Source: Octopus sinensis (lineage: Eukaryota). From it: a stretch of DNA of 64,000 nt. A program made the translations under genes and the position numbers. The stretch lies in assembly GCF_006345805.1 (NCBI RefSeq), contig NW_021825323.1, forward strand, positions 1,116,001 to 1,180,000, read 5' to 3'. The notes under the pieces are model-generated. The model saw only the letters and a program-made list of their open reading frames with translations. It was not told the DNA's origin and made no database searches. Shown here piece by piece: positions 12,623-24,915 of the stretch (positions are counted from its first letter, which is position 1; every line of letters begins with the position of its first letter).

Positions 12623-14733
12623 ATGGTGAAACGATTTTAGAATTTTTGTAGTTTTCAAAATTATTATTCAACACAGGAAAGTCTAAAGAAGCAAAAAAAC
12701 AAATCGAGCTTTCAGTCCAAATTCCACAACTCGAAGATTATATTAGTCAACGAGATTACACTGGTGCAATAACACTTCTTGAGGGACAAAATATAGATTT
12801 GTTGATTTTCTAGAATCAAGAAAATGCCGATTCTGATCCTCAAATCCTTTCATGGATCGGTTATTGCTTATTTCACAACGGAGATTTTGAAAATGCTGCA
12901 AAAGTAAATTTCAGGAGTGTTAAAATCAATTTCTAGACATATAAAAGTATTTTAGAGCAGAATCAGAAACAAAAAAATATATGGATAAACTTAGCTTGTT
13001 GTTATTTCAAATTAAAAATGTACGAAGAATGTTTGGAAGCTTTAAAAAAATGTACTTCATTAATTTTAATCATCGTCAGCTGATAAAAGTGAATTAAAGA
13101 CACGACTACAATTTCAATTAGCTGCAATAAACGCTACACGAGGGTCAAAAGATGTGGTCCCTAAGTTAAGCACGTCAGTAGAGGATCAAATGTCAACGGC
13201 CGCCGTACATTTCTCCCAAGGGCAGTATCAAGAGTCACTCGATATTTACAAAAAGTTACTTCAAGAAAACAGGTAAGTTAAAATAAATTCATTTTTTTAC
13301 AAAAAGTGAGTTTATTGCATTAAACGTTTACGTTGCGCTATGCTATTATAAAATGGATTATCAAGACGTTTCACAAGTTGATTTTTGAGATTTAGTTATG
13401 AAAGGAACGGTTGGGACTGTATTTACAGCATTACCCGAAAAGCTCAATTGCATTGAACCTTCGAGCAGCAAATCGTTACAAAATGTATGGAACAATTGAC
13501 CCCTCAGAAGTTACAAATATTTATTTCTAAAATATTATCAGACTGATGTGTGTGAGTTACAAGAACTTATTTCTGGACAAAGAATGCAAAATCAGGATTT
13601 GACAAAGCACAATATGGAAGAATTTTGACTTTTTAATTTTTAGGTTGTTTTTAAAAACGGGGAAAATGCAATAAAAGTTTTTCCTCAAATAATAGACAAC
13701 GTTGATGAAGCCAAAGTAAATTTAGCTATATACTACTTAAAACACGGTTAGTCGTTTAAAAATACTATTCTTTATTAGATAATTTGGAGTCTGCCGCAGA
13801 AATAACAAAAAACGTGGAAACTACGAATCCGACTGAGCATGTACTCAAAGCAGTTATCAGCGCTTACATTGGACAGGAAAATAATTCTGTTTGTATTTAT
13901 TTTTGACTTTTAAGAGCGATCAAATCAAAAATTCAATTCACAATTATTTATCTGTGGGGAACTCAGCCACCGAATGCGGTGATAAATTTAATTTTATTTA
14001 AAGACACAATTCTAGGAAGACAATGCATGGCTTCCGCATACTTTCTAATGAAGCAATTTGAAGACGTCAGTGTATATCTTAATTCAATCAAAGTACTAAA
14101 ATAAAAATAACTTTCAGACTTATTTTACTAACAATGATATCTTCAATTTTAATTACGGACAGGCAAAAGGGATGCTTGGATCTTTCATTGAAGCAGAAGA
14201 GGTTAAAAATAAAAATGACTATTTTTAGGCATTGAAAAATATAAGAGACAAAAAACTAAAATCAACATTGATTTACAAACTTTGGCTTGCCTATGCATGT
14301 TGAAATCAAAAATAACTTTTTAGATATTAACAACAACAGTGCAAGTCTAGCCTGGGACATTTATCTTAAAATGGAGGCTACGAACGAATCTCTGACATTT
14401 CTCCAGCTTATTGCAAACGAATGTCACAGAGTAAAAACAATTTTTACAGGATTTTAGCTCGGGATTTATTATTACTCGGCAAAAGCATTTCATTTGCTAG
14501 AACGGCTGAATTCTGACGAAGAATACTGGGATGGAAAACGGAGTGCTTGTTTGGGGTTATTCCACATGGTGATCACAAAAAATCAACCAATGTTAAAAAA
14601 CAAAAATATTTTTAGTGAACTTTTGGAAGATATTGAAGAAATTCTTCACGAGAGTCTTAACCCACAGGCTGAATATATTCGAAGGCATATTAAAAAATGG
14701 CGACAGGACCATGTCATGGAAAAAACTAATTAA
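12623..14733 (+). CDS. IFT56: Intraflagellar transport protein 56 (TTC26/DYF-13), 15 introns of 25-34 nt
   Basis: [73 protein letters not shown]. First coding exon is ATG only. Two introns have non-GT donors (12784-12813, 13617-13643). Confidence 0.95.
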
Positions 14734-14801
14734 ATATTAATTTAAAGATAAAATAAAATGTTGTTTTTAAAATAAATTTAATTTTGCTCACGTGAATTCT
14801 G

Positions 14802-16099
14802 ATGGAACTGAACAACAAAATAGTGCAGCAACTTGAGGCAAAAAATGTTTATTTTAAACTTTTAGTTTTATTTTGGAGATCGAAATTTATACAGAGATAA
14901 ATTCCTTAATTCTCAGATAGAAAAAAATCCCGAAAAATGTATTTCCTTCCATAAATTCATTTACAGGGGTTCCAATCTCAGTCCTTCTAACCTTCAATCG
15001 TCTAAAATCCCTCACAGACAACCCTCAAATAATCGCACAAGCAATCTCTTCCGGGAACTCATCATTGATAGAGATAGATGAACAAGGGGCCAATATCCGC
15101 CGGATCCCCTCCAATGAAATGCCAGAACTGACCCAGGAGTCGGTAGAAGAAGAGAGAAATAGAACTGTCTACATCGTATTTGACCAGAAAGTCAGATTTA
15201 GGATGGATTTCCGCTTGAAACAACGATGGACGATTTGTTAGAATTTATGACCGACTTTGGACCATTTTTGGATTTGAGAATGAAAAAACAGAAGAAAAAA
15301 TTTGTGGTTTTTACAATTTTGGATCTTTAATTGACAGGGTTCGATTTTTTGTGTGTTCAAACAACTCGAAACTGCTCAAAAATTTGTGGATCTACAACAA
15401 GTCCTATTCCGTGATGTTCCGTTGTCCCGGATTTACTTGTTTGTGCAAATTTGTCTATCAGTTTAGGAAAGAATTCTACGAAAAAAAAGAAAATGACAAA
15501 AAGTTGTCAGTTTTGGAGTAAATTGTAGGGAAGATACAAAAAACAAAGAAAAAACGCAGATTGAGGATGCCCAACGTCAGTCAGTTTTATTTGTAGCGGA
15601 AAATCTTCCCGTTGGAGCAAAAGTGAAGGAAATCAGAGCATTTTTCAACTTTCACGTTCCGACGGTTTTTGTCGATCTTTTCGAAGAAAAAAAGGCATTT
15701 TTGACCGATAGACAGAAATAGGGAATTGTAAGAGTTCAAAGTGACCAAACCACGGAATCCGTGATTGAGCAGATTCTCAGAGCAGTGGAGGACAAGTTGG
15801 TGATGGACGAGTGCGATATTTCCCTACGGGTTCCTGAGGGTAGTTGTTTTGATCCGAGTCCTTAGAAAGCGAAGTTGATGGGTTTTGGAGTCGTTATGCC
15901 ACCAATTTGAACAATTTTAATTTAAAAGAGTCCAAAAAACCGAAAAAGGGCAAGTCTAAGAATAACAATGGTCGTTGTAATAAACATAAACTATTTACCG
16001 ATGAGGAGGTTTTTGGGGGGTTTTGTATTTTAGAATGACGAGAGTATTCCCCCTGCTAAAAGGCCGAAGACTCAAGAGGACGACGATTCTACCATTTAG
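14802..16099 (+). CDS. SSB: La/SSB RNA-binding protein (La motif, RRM1, RRM2, C-terminal NLS-like PPAKRPK)
   Basis: KIVQQLE|FYFGDRNLYRDKFL..W|VPISVLLTFNRL, RTVYI|DGFPLETTMDDL, GSIFCVF. Two probable GC-AG introns. Confidence 0.9.
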
Positions 16100-16211
16100 T
16101 TATTTTTGACTTCTGTTAATTCTTTTTTCCTTATTTTTCTTTATTTTTTAGTAATAATATTTCGAAAATTTTAATAAATTAATTAAAATAATATTTTTTT
16201 CTACTGTAATT

Positions 16212-17360
16212 ATGGCTTTGGGTTATTTGTAATTATTTTAAATGTTTAGTTTCGTCTTGTCTTACGTTTTTGTTTGATTCACTGATACTCTTTTTAAGCG
16301 GTCGGTTAAAAAAGAAATTAACCTTTGTAGGCTTTGGAGACTCCCTCATTGGTTTTTGTAAAGCTCTTGAAACTATTTTGAGCTCACGGGGAAACGTAGT
16401 TGTAAAAGATACAACTCTCCGTAAATTGTGCTTCAAATTGATGTGCTTTAATTGCGTAATTTTTGTGGTATTTGATTGATTATTACATAAGCCGATCATG
16501 TTCACTGCCCATATCGTCATTAGATTTTCACTTCTTTTTTCAACTCGTCTATTTTTGAAATGTTTGTATTCTCTAATTTCATCAGTTTAGGTTTCAGTAT
16601 GGAAGAATATGCGGATATTATTAACAGAATATTCATTTTTTTCATCGAAGGAGTTATTTTCTCACTTCTTTATATTATTTCCAGCGTCGCAAATTTCAAT
16701 TGGCTGAATGTAACTCTCTTTATGGTTAATGTAGACGATTTATATCTCATCTAATTCATATAAACAGGTTTCCCCTGTACAGAAAAGTGTTTTTGAACTT
16801 GTTGCAGATAATGTCATGTGTTTTCTGGTCCAAATATTCTTCAGTATTCAGGTTTTATCATTCGTAATGATTGATTTCAGATTCAGATATTTGCTTTCTT
16901 TCCACATTTGTTGTTTAGGGTGCTGACTATTGCTAAATTGTCTCTTCTTTATGCTTTTTATTCTTTCGATTATCGCTGGGTTGATATTGGTGTATATTAT
17001 ACTTGCTGAATTTTAAGGTCTATCTTTGAAAAAACGCATTTTTTTGCTTGAGACATATTGGCAATACTACGTTGGATTTGGTCTGCCGCTAACGCTAACA
17101 CAATTTATTCCAATTTATTTTTTGAGGTATCTGTTTTGTGCCATGTGATTAAGATTGGGAGCTTTTTTGTCGATATTTCATTTTTTTGTTATGAGCGCAA
17201 ATGTATCGAATTTTTCAGATGTTTCGATAGATGAAAGGTAGTCAATTTTCGAATCTTTAATAGTCCTAGTGAAAGACTCAGACCGCCTATATTGTGGCCC
17301 GTCTTTAAGATTTCTTCATATTTGCTGAATTTTGTTGCAGCTTTGGTTAGACGTCGTTAA
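16212..17360 (+). CDS. EI24: EI24 (etoposide-induced 2.4) membrane protein
   Basis: LYAFYSFDYRWVDI|GLSLKKRIFLLETYWQYYVGFGLPLT matches the EI24 motif; about eight micro-introns. Confidence 0.82.
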
Positions 17361-17975
17361 TAATTTGTTTTTATAAAGTTGCTATATATTCAATAAAAAT
17401 TTTTTACTCTTTTTTCATGTCATTAAAATTATTTTCTTTTCTAATATTTTAGTTCATTTAGTGACTAATATATTTTAAGAAACGACATTTTTTGCCGAAG
17501 AAAATCATGAAGTTCAATTCATAAAATTATACTTAGTGAGTACTACTTGAGTATAGATAAACCTTCTTATGAAATCCGATAAACTTTGAATTGTTTGTAA
17601 TGCTATGATAAGATTTATGAAAAGCACTTGTAAAGTTATATTGACAAGAATGAGTTAAAAATTCGACAGATTGTCGTTTAGTTGATTTGTAATTTTATTT
17701 TGCAAATTTGATATTTTACACTTAAATTTTGAATTTTTTGTTTTTTAAATTTAATAATCACAAAAGTATCTAAGCTTTTATAATTATTAAAAAAGAATTC
17801 TTAGTAAATATCTATTTAAGTATGGAAATCTCCAAAAAATCAGACGATTCAACAAAGTCTTTAAATTTACCGATTTTTATTTTGAACCTTTAAATGTTCT
17901 TAGTTTAAAAATTTAAAGAGAAACAATAAAGCATAAATGTTTATACAAATCGTTAAAAGTGATATTATAAATTTA

Positions 17976-18860
17976 TTAATTTTCATGTGCTTTCTTATGA
18001 ATGGTAAAGTAATGAATTCGGTCTGTACCAAATGAACACAATTCGCATTGATAAAATGTTGAATTTTTTTCTCGTGCCCGCATCCTTTGGTCATTAACTT
18101 GTTTTTGAGTTTGTAGTATAAGGCGACCATTTACTTGTTCTGCGGAATATCCATTCTTCTGTGGAACTGGACAGTATCCAAACACGTGTCCATAGTTTCT
18201 ACAATGTTTCATTAAATCGCATTTCCATGTGGAATTGTAGCTGCATGAACCACATTTGAAAATACGCGATAAATCTCTGTTGAAAGAATTATTGAACTTT
18301 GATTCTTTCTTTCGAAATTTTTCATTCCTGTTTTCTGAAATATTTTTGTTTCTATAAGGGACATTGTTAATCACATTTTCAACAGTCAACGTTCTGGGAA
18401 ATCTGTTGTAGTTCAGGCAAGAATTCGGAAAACACATTCTAGCTGGAGCTAGTATATACTGGCCATAATAAGGTTCGAAAAAACACGGGTTGATAGGTAA
18501 ACGGTTCCGACATGTAACATAACATTGATATCCTTGCGCCATTTGTTGATATAATGTTTCATTCATAGAATTGTATTTGAGATTATTGGAAATTTCATAA
18601 TTATAAGATTGAGAATGTGTAATTTGATTTGTTTGATTGAACACTGGTTGACTATTTGAACCATCAATTGGAAATCTTTGAGTAGAATCCGATTTTAGCA
18701 AATTTTCAATAGAATATAGTTGCTCCTTAGATACGGAATGTGGGATATTCTTTTGATCTGGTTGAATAATGTCATCCACGTGTATAGGCATCATTTCCTT
18801 GTCTTTATAAATATCGAATTTTTTATCATTCATGTTTTTTTGATAGTAATTCCAAGACAT
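17976..18860 (-). CDS. C2H2-type zinc-finger protein, apparently intronless
   Basis: FKCGSCSYNSTWKCDLMKHCRNYGH and YQCELCSFGTDRIHYFTIHKKAH within a single 296-codon ORF. Confidence 0.75.
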   Translation of the reverse strand: MSWNYYQKNMNDKKFDIYKDKEMMPIHVDDIIQPDQKNIPHSVSKEQLYSIENLLKSDSTQRFPIDGSNSQPVFNQTNQITHSQSYNYEISNNLKYNSMNETLYQQMAQGYQCYVTCRNRLPINPCFFEPYYGQYILAPARMCFPNSCLNYNRFPRTLTVENVINNVPYRNKNISENRNEKFRKKESKFNNSFNRDLSRIFKCGSCSYNSTWKCDLMKHCRNYGHVFGYCPVPQKNGYSAEQVNGRLILQTQKQVNDQRMRAREKNSTFYQCELCSFGTDRIHYFTIHKKAHEN

Positions 18861-19101
18861 TCTCAAATTTGCCGTTTCCTAAAAAGTAATTTATATATAA
18901 ATAAATTCCGCCATCTTTAATTCTATTATCATCAAAGCTTTAGATATGCCAATATTTTTTTTAAAAGCATGAAAAGTGCTCAAGCGTCAGTTCACAAGAA
19001 AATAAGCAAATTTTAGGTCCTCAAGAACCTCTCAAAATACCAACTGTCACGCCAACGATGCTTGCAAACTAAAATTCGACACACTCACATATGAACAAGA
19101 G

Positions 19102-19140
19102 GACAATTTTCTTGATCTGGCAGATCAAAGAAAAATTGTC
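19102..19140. repeat. 39-nt near-perfect inverted repeat
   Basis: GACAATTTTCTTGATCTG-G-CAGATCAAAGAAAAATTGTC; an 18-bp stem with two 1-nt bulges. Confidence 0.8.
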
Positions 19141-20109
19141 AAAACTCAAAAAAATTGAAATCGTTAATTTGCAAATAAGTTAAAAATACCTTACTAATCT
19201 AAGAAATATAAACGCGGAACGAGTATAAATAATTAATTAAAAACGTAAATGGAATACGAAATGAATTTACAGAGAATTATTAAAAAAACGAAAAATAAGA
19301 CAACGCCATGCTATCATGATATATAAAATAATATCTGAAGGTCACATGTCTTGTCTTGTCAAATTATATTTTTTAGCCACAGGAAACAGGTCATGAGAAA
19401 ATTAGATCTAAAAATTATGTATTACTTTCTGCGTTAAATTTATCCAGTATTTAGCCTCTATCGACGAGTTTAATAAACTCGATATGTATTGACGATGAAT
19501 ATAAACTTGATAAACCTAATATGTATTCACAAATAATATTAAGTAAAAGATTTTAATTTAAATTCAAAATCAAAAGTTAAGTATTATTGATAACACTTGG
19601 TCAAAAATCTGTCAAAGATGTCCAAAAACGTTCGTTTTACATAATTTCTGTCTAAAAAATTAACATTGCGGTTAGGTCAGATTCTAAATCTAGTCAAATA
19701 TAAAACTTCAATTTCTTTTAGCTAAATTGCATTAATAAATTAGTCCAGGAAAGTCTCTGTTAATTATGTTTCTAATTGTGCAGGAACTGATTTGTCAATC
19801 ACAAAATTCAAATATCACATTCAAATCAATTTCCTTTACAAAATTGAGAAAAATTTACATATTTAGGTTAATTGTGACGTTAATCCCAATTTAGTTAACA
19901 TAGCAAATAAAGAAAATTCATTTCATAATTTTTAATTAACATGGGCAGAGATCTTCGGTGCAAAGAATTGCGCAACAAATAATTTTGCCATCCTCAATGC
20001 AAAAAACCTTTAATATGGGCTACACACGGATGTATAGTCACCAAGAATAGCCTAATTTAATCAATTATTCAAAATATGAAAAAGTTAACTCAGTCTAAAA
20101 AAGTAATAA

Positions 20110-20935
20110 GTGTTTCATTTATTTATTAACTCCAAGATCACAGAGAAAGATAGGTCAAAACTAACTAATTAGGTGATCCCTGCCTCCAACAACAGCCGGA
20201 CTCTCCTTATATGATCTACTGATGACCAAACTGTATCCCGGAAAAGCCTTCTCTTCCTTCTGCAGAGGAACTCAATTAGAGTGCATTTCTTTATAACGAC
20301 CGAAATTCCTCTGCATGGGCCACCTTTTCCTTAAATCGGTTTCCCAGTTACTTGCAGAAACGTAGGAAACCCTGTCCATTCTTCTGCGTCGCCTCCTCGG
20401 AAGCAAGACTGCCAACTGAGGTGTCAGTGTGGAGCATAATCTTCCTTCTGAGTGAGTTCAAACGTTCCGCTTTCGAACAAGCAATTGCAAACCTCCAGGC
20501 TGAGCAGGCATACTCAACCGTCGGGGCAATCACTTGTTGGTAGACCTTGCTGACACAATCTTTCAGGGGGAAGGGACTCTTCTTTAACAAAGCTTTCAAG
20601 ACGTTTTACTTCCAAAGACCTTTAGCTAGAGCATCCTCCACGTGACTTGAGAACGTCATTAAGGAGTCGAAAACTACGCCAAGGATCTTCTGGGAACGCG
20701 AAGAGGGAATAGGCTTGTCTCCAATGAATAGTTTCAGTTCATCCTTGAATCTTCTATCAGTAGTGAGAGGGTGAATTGGGATTTAGATGCAGACACACAC
20801 AACATGTTTGCAGATAGCCAATCACATACACGGTTGAAATGTGACTGGACCATTGCAACAGCCACAGAAGAGGTTTATCTCTTGCAGCGATCGGATAAGA
20901 ACATAATTTCTGGGTCATTAGTAATGGGTAAGTCA
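20110..20935 (-). mobile_element. 5'-truncated LINE (RT C-terminal region, degenerate)
   Basis: KILGVVFDSLMTFSSHVE, YQQVIAPTVEYACSAW, AERLNSLRRK; ends in an AATAAAT-rich tail. Boundaries approximate. Confidence 0.75.
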
Positions 20936-21081
20936 TGTAGAAATAGGTTAAAAAGGAGTGTCTTATAAACTCTCGTTTTTGTTATTTTTATAAAAAATTG
21001 ACCAAAAAGCTTATTTTAACCTGCAAATTGCATTTATATATTAACAATATAAAAAACAAAATAAAAAAATCAAATTGGAAA

Positions 21082-21903
<822 letters not shown>

Positions 21904-22243
21904 ATGTACAACAAAAATATAAATATTTAAAATATTTATTTATATTATATTTTTTTATAAAATACTTTTAAAATTTTTATATAATAAAATATTCATATTT
22001 TTATTCATTTTGTTTGAAAAGGGATATCATGTCTATCTAATTTGGCGGAATAGCCCACTATTAAGCTCGATTTAAAAAGATAAATAGAAATATTTTTTTG
22101 TTGTAAGTTATTATAAATTTCAAAAAAATAATTTTAAATTATGAATTTTTAAAAATAAAATCACCGCTGTTTTTTGTTGTAACGTGGTTATTATTTAAAT
22201 TAATATTAATAAAAAATAATATTAAAAACCACTATTTTAGACT

Positions 22244-24366
22244 ATGGGTGATAGTGTAGAAATAATTAACGCCAAAAGAGAGTATCGGGGGACTAAGGTA
22301 GTTGTCTCATAAACAATCATACAACCAGCTTGACGGTCAACTGAAACTCAACACTTCAGGCATTTCATTCTCTCAAAAGAGTTCTTCAAGTCCTCTAAAA
22401 ATCGAAAAATCACAAATTTCGTCTGCAGGTCATTTTAAGCAGCCAAAACATTCAAATTGTCTCAGAATCTTAACCAACGACGGAATTGTAGAAAGATTCA
22501 CAAATCTCTCGGAAAATGTGAAAATATTTCAATTAAATCACAGGATTTGAACAAACTTGAAAAATACATCTCAAAACATTACGGAATGAACCTAAATCCA
22601 ATAAAAATGTCAATTTCCGGTTCAAATTGTGGCCAACTTGAATTAGAAGGTAATTTCTAACCAAAATGACCCCAAAAGGGAACTCGTTGTTATTCAAAGT
22701 GGACGGAAACCCTGCTTTTGAAATCCCACTAAGCAATGTGTCTAATTCAAGCCAGTCTCGGTCGGAAGTGGTGACAGAATTCCATCAGAATGAATCCTCG
22801 AATGTCTGTTTGGTCGAAATGAGATTTCACGTCCCTTCGGCTAACGACACCGAGCCAGATGCCGCGGAATCTCTTCATAACTCGATCATGTCCAAAGCCG
22901 ACGTAATAAAAGCGACTGGTGGGGCTATTGCTTCGTTTTCTGAGTTGTACTGTCTTACTCCACGGTGGGACTTCAATTTGACTGTTTTAGAGGTCGATTT
23001 GATGTCAGATTGTTTAATAATTTTCTACAACTCAGAGGAAAGACTGTGGATTATAAAATATCGTATTCTACTATCCTTCGGACATTTTTACTGCCGAATT
23101 TATTGACGAGGAGTGTGTTTTATGTGGTGAGTATATTTAAGTGGATTTTCATCATAGATTGGGATAGATCCTCCAATCAAGCAAGGACAAACTCGCTATC
23201 CTTATTTAGTATTCCAATTCGACCAGGACGATCATTCTGACATTGAATTGACACTCAACGAGTTTTTTTACTATTTTATTGATAGGGAGGTTGAGAATAA
23301 ATTTACAGAATGTGGAATATTTAGGCATATGAGTGGAGAAGTCTTTGATTTGGTTAGTCAGCTGATATCCGTCCTTATGGTATCTCGCCCAATCAAGCCT
23401 GGGACTTTCGAGAGGTGTATTTTGGTCTTATAGTTTAGTAATAACGGAGGAAAGTCGATTGCGTGTTTCTATAAGGCTAACTCGGGGTATTTATTCCCGT
23501 TGGAACGTGGATTTATATTTGTTCATAAACCAACATTTTACTTCCGGTACGAAGAGTTGAGTCACGTGGGATTTGATCGGTCGATTTCCGGGGAGACCAA
23601 ATCATTCGATTTTTCCATCGAGACAAAACAAGGAGGGACGACCTACGTTTTTGCTGGAATGATGAAGTTTTATTTTTGTAACAATTTAGATCTGACTACG
23701 AACATTTGTCGCGGTTTGTGGCCGAAAAGAACCTGTTAGTCCGTGATGCGGAAACCAAGAGGCTTAGGTTTGGTGGTGACTGATAGTTTAGTATGAAAAA
23801 AAACGAGGATCATGGAAATAGTTCTGTCAGTTCTGCGGAGGCTGAGAGTTCAGGGTTGGAGTCGGATGACGAAGGTTGTTCTGTTTGTGATATTCTCAGA
23901 TGTTAACTCGCAAGAGCTGAGTGAAGAGAAGAGCAGTAGTGAGGGCTCAGAATCAATGTCGACGGGGGAATCGTCGACGAATTTGGAGGAAAGTAGAGTC
24001 AGTAAAAGTTCTTCGCACAAAACGTCTGTAAAAAGGAAAAAGAAGTCGTTTGAGGGGGGTGAAAAACGTAAAAAGAAGCCAAGAGATCCAACAATGCCAA
24101 AAAAGCCAATGTCGGCTTATATGTTGTGGTTAAATGAGAATCGTCCTCGAATTAAACGTGAAAATCCGCGAATAGTGTCCGTGGTTGATCTTGTGAGACA
24201 CGCTGCGAGTGTTTGGAACGAACTGAGGGATAAATCGGTGATTATGCGGGTTGTTATGTAATAGAAGTGGGAGAATATGGCGAGAATTGCCAAGGAGGAG
24301 TACGAAAAGGCACTCAAGGATTGGAAAAAGAGGAAGGCTGCTGGGGAATTGGATTTCTCAGATTGA
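22244..24366 (+). CDS. SSRP1: FACT subunit SSRP1 with C-terminal HMG box
   Basis: PAFEIPLSNVS, EMRFHVP, CLTPR|GRFDV, DPPIKQGQTRYP, GYLFPLERGFIFVHKP, PKKPMSAYMLWLNENRP; about ten micro-introns. Confidence 0.95.
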
Positions 24367-24915
24367 TTTTTTGTTTTGGAATTTAAAGGTCTTTATTGTG
24401 ATCTTGATAGTTGTAAATAGCCTTTTTTTGAGGTATTGAATGTATTGAATGTAGTTTTTTTGAAATTAAAAACTTAATAAAACAGTTTTGCACTAAATTG
24501 TTTTACGGCTTATATTAATTTGATGTTTTTAGTAAATTTGTATTGAAATAAGAGTTGATAAATTTATCTATTGTAGAGCAGTGGTTCTCAATTTTTTAGA
24601 CTGGGCACACCTAAATAATATTATTTTTTTGCTACTAGCTCACAATTTTTGGCCTCGTCAGGGACAGGCCTAGGCATTTTCGGCAATTTATTATATAAGA
24701 ATAACGTGAAAATTATCAAAATAACAGACAATTTAGCAGTAATTCGGGGAGATTTCTGATACTGTTTGTTCAGAATAATTTTACTTATGTCGGGGTCTAT
24801 ATTCGACGAAGCTACTCGCATATCATGTTGTACCCGTAGTCTATATCTATATTTTGTTTTTAGAAAAGTCAGACACGACATCGCCATTTCACAGTGATAA
24901 GTACAGTCCGACCCC

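Noticed and set aside
12784-15721. Stop-codon reassignment or read-through as the cause of in-frame stops (three of the four non-GT introns are 3n long)
   Set aside because: TAG, TGA and TAA all end genes at homology-expected positions elsewhere, the extra residues break alignments, and the segments have intron length and 3' ends. Not formally excluded without RNA data.
16233-16520. Minus-strand ORF
   Set aside because: Antisense shadow of EI24.
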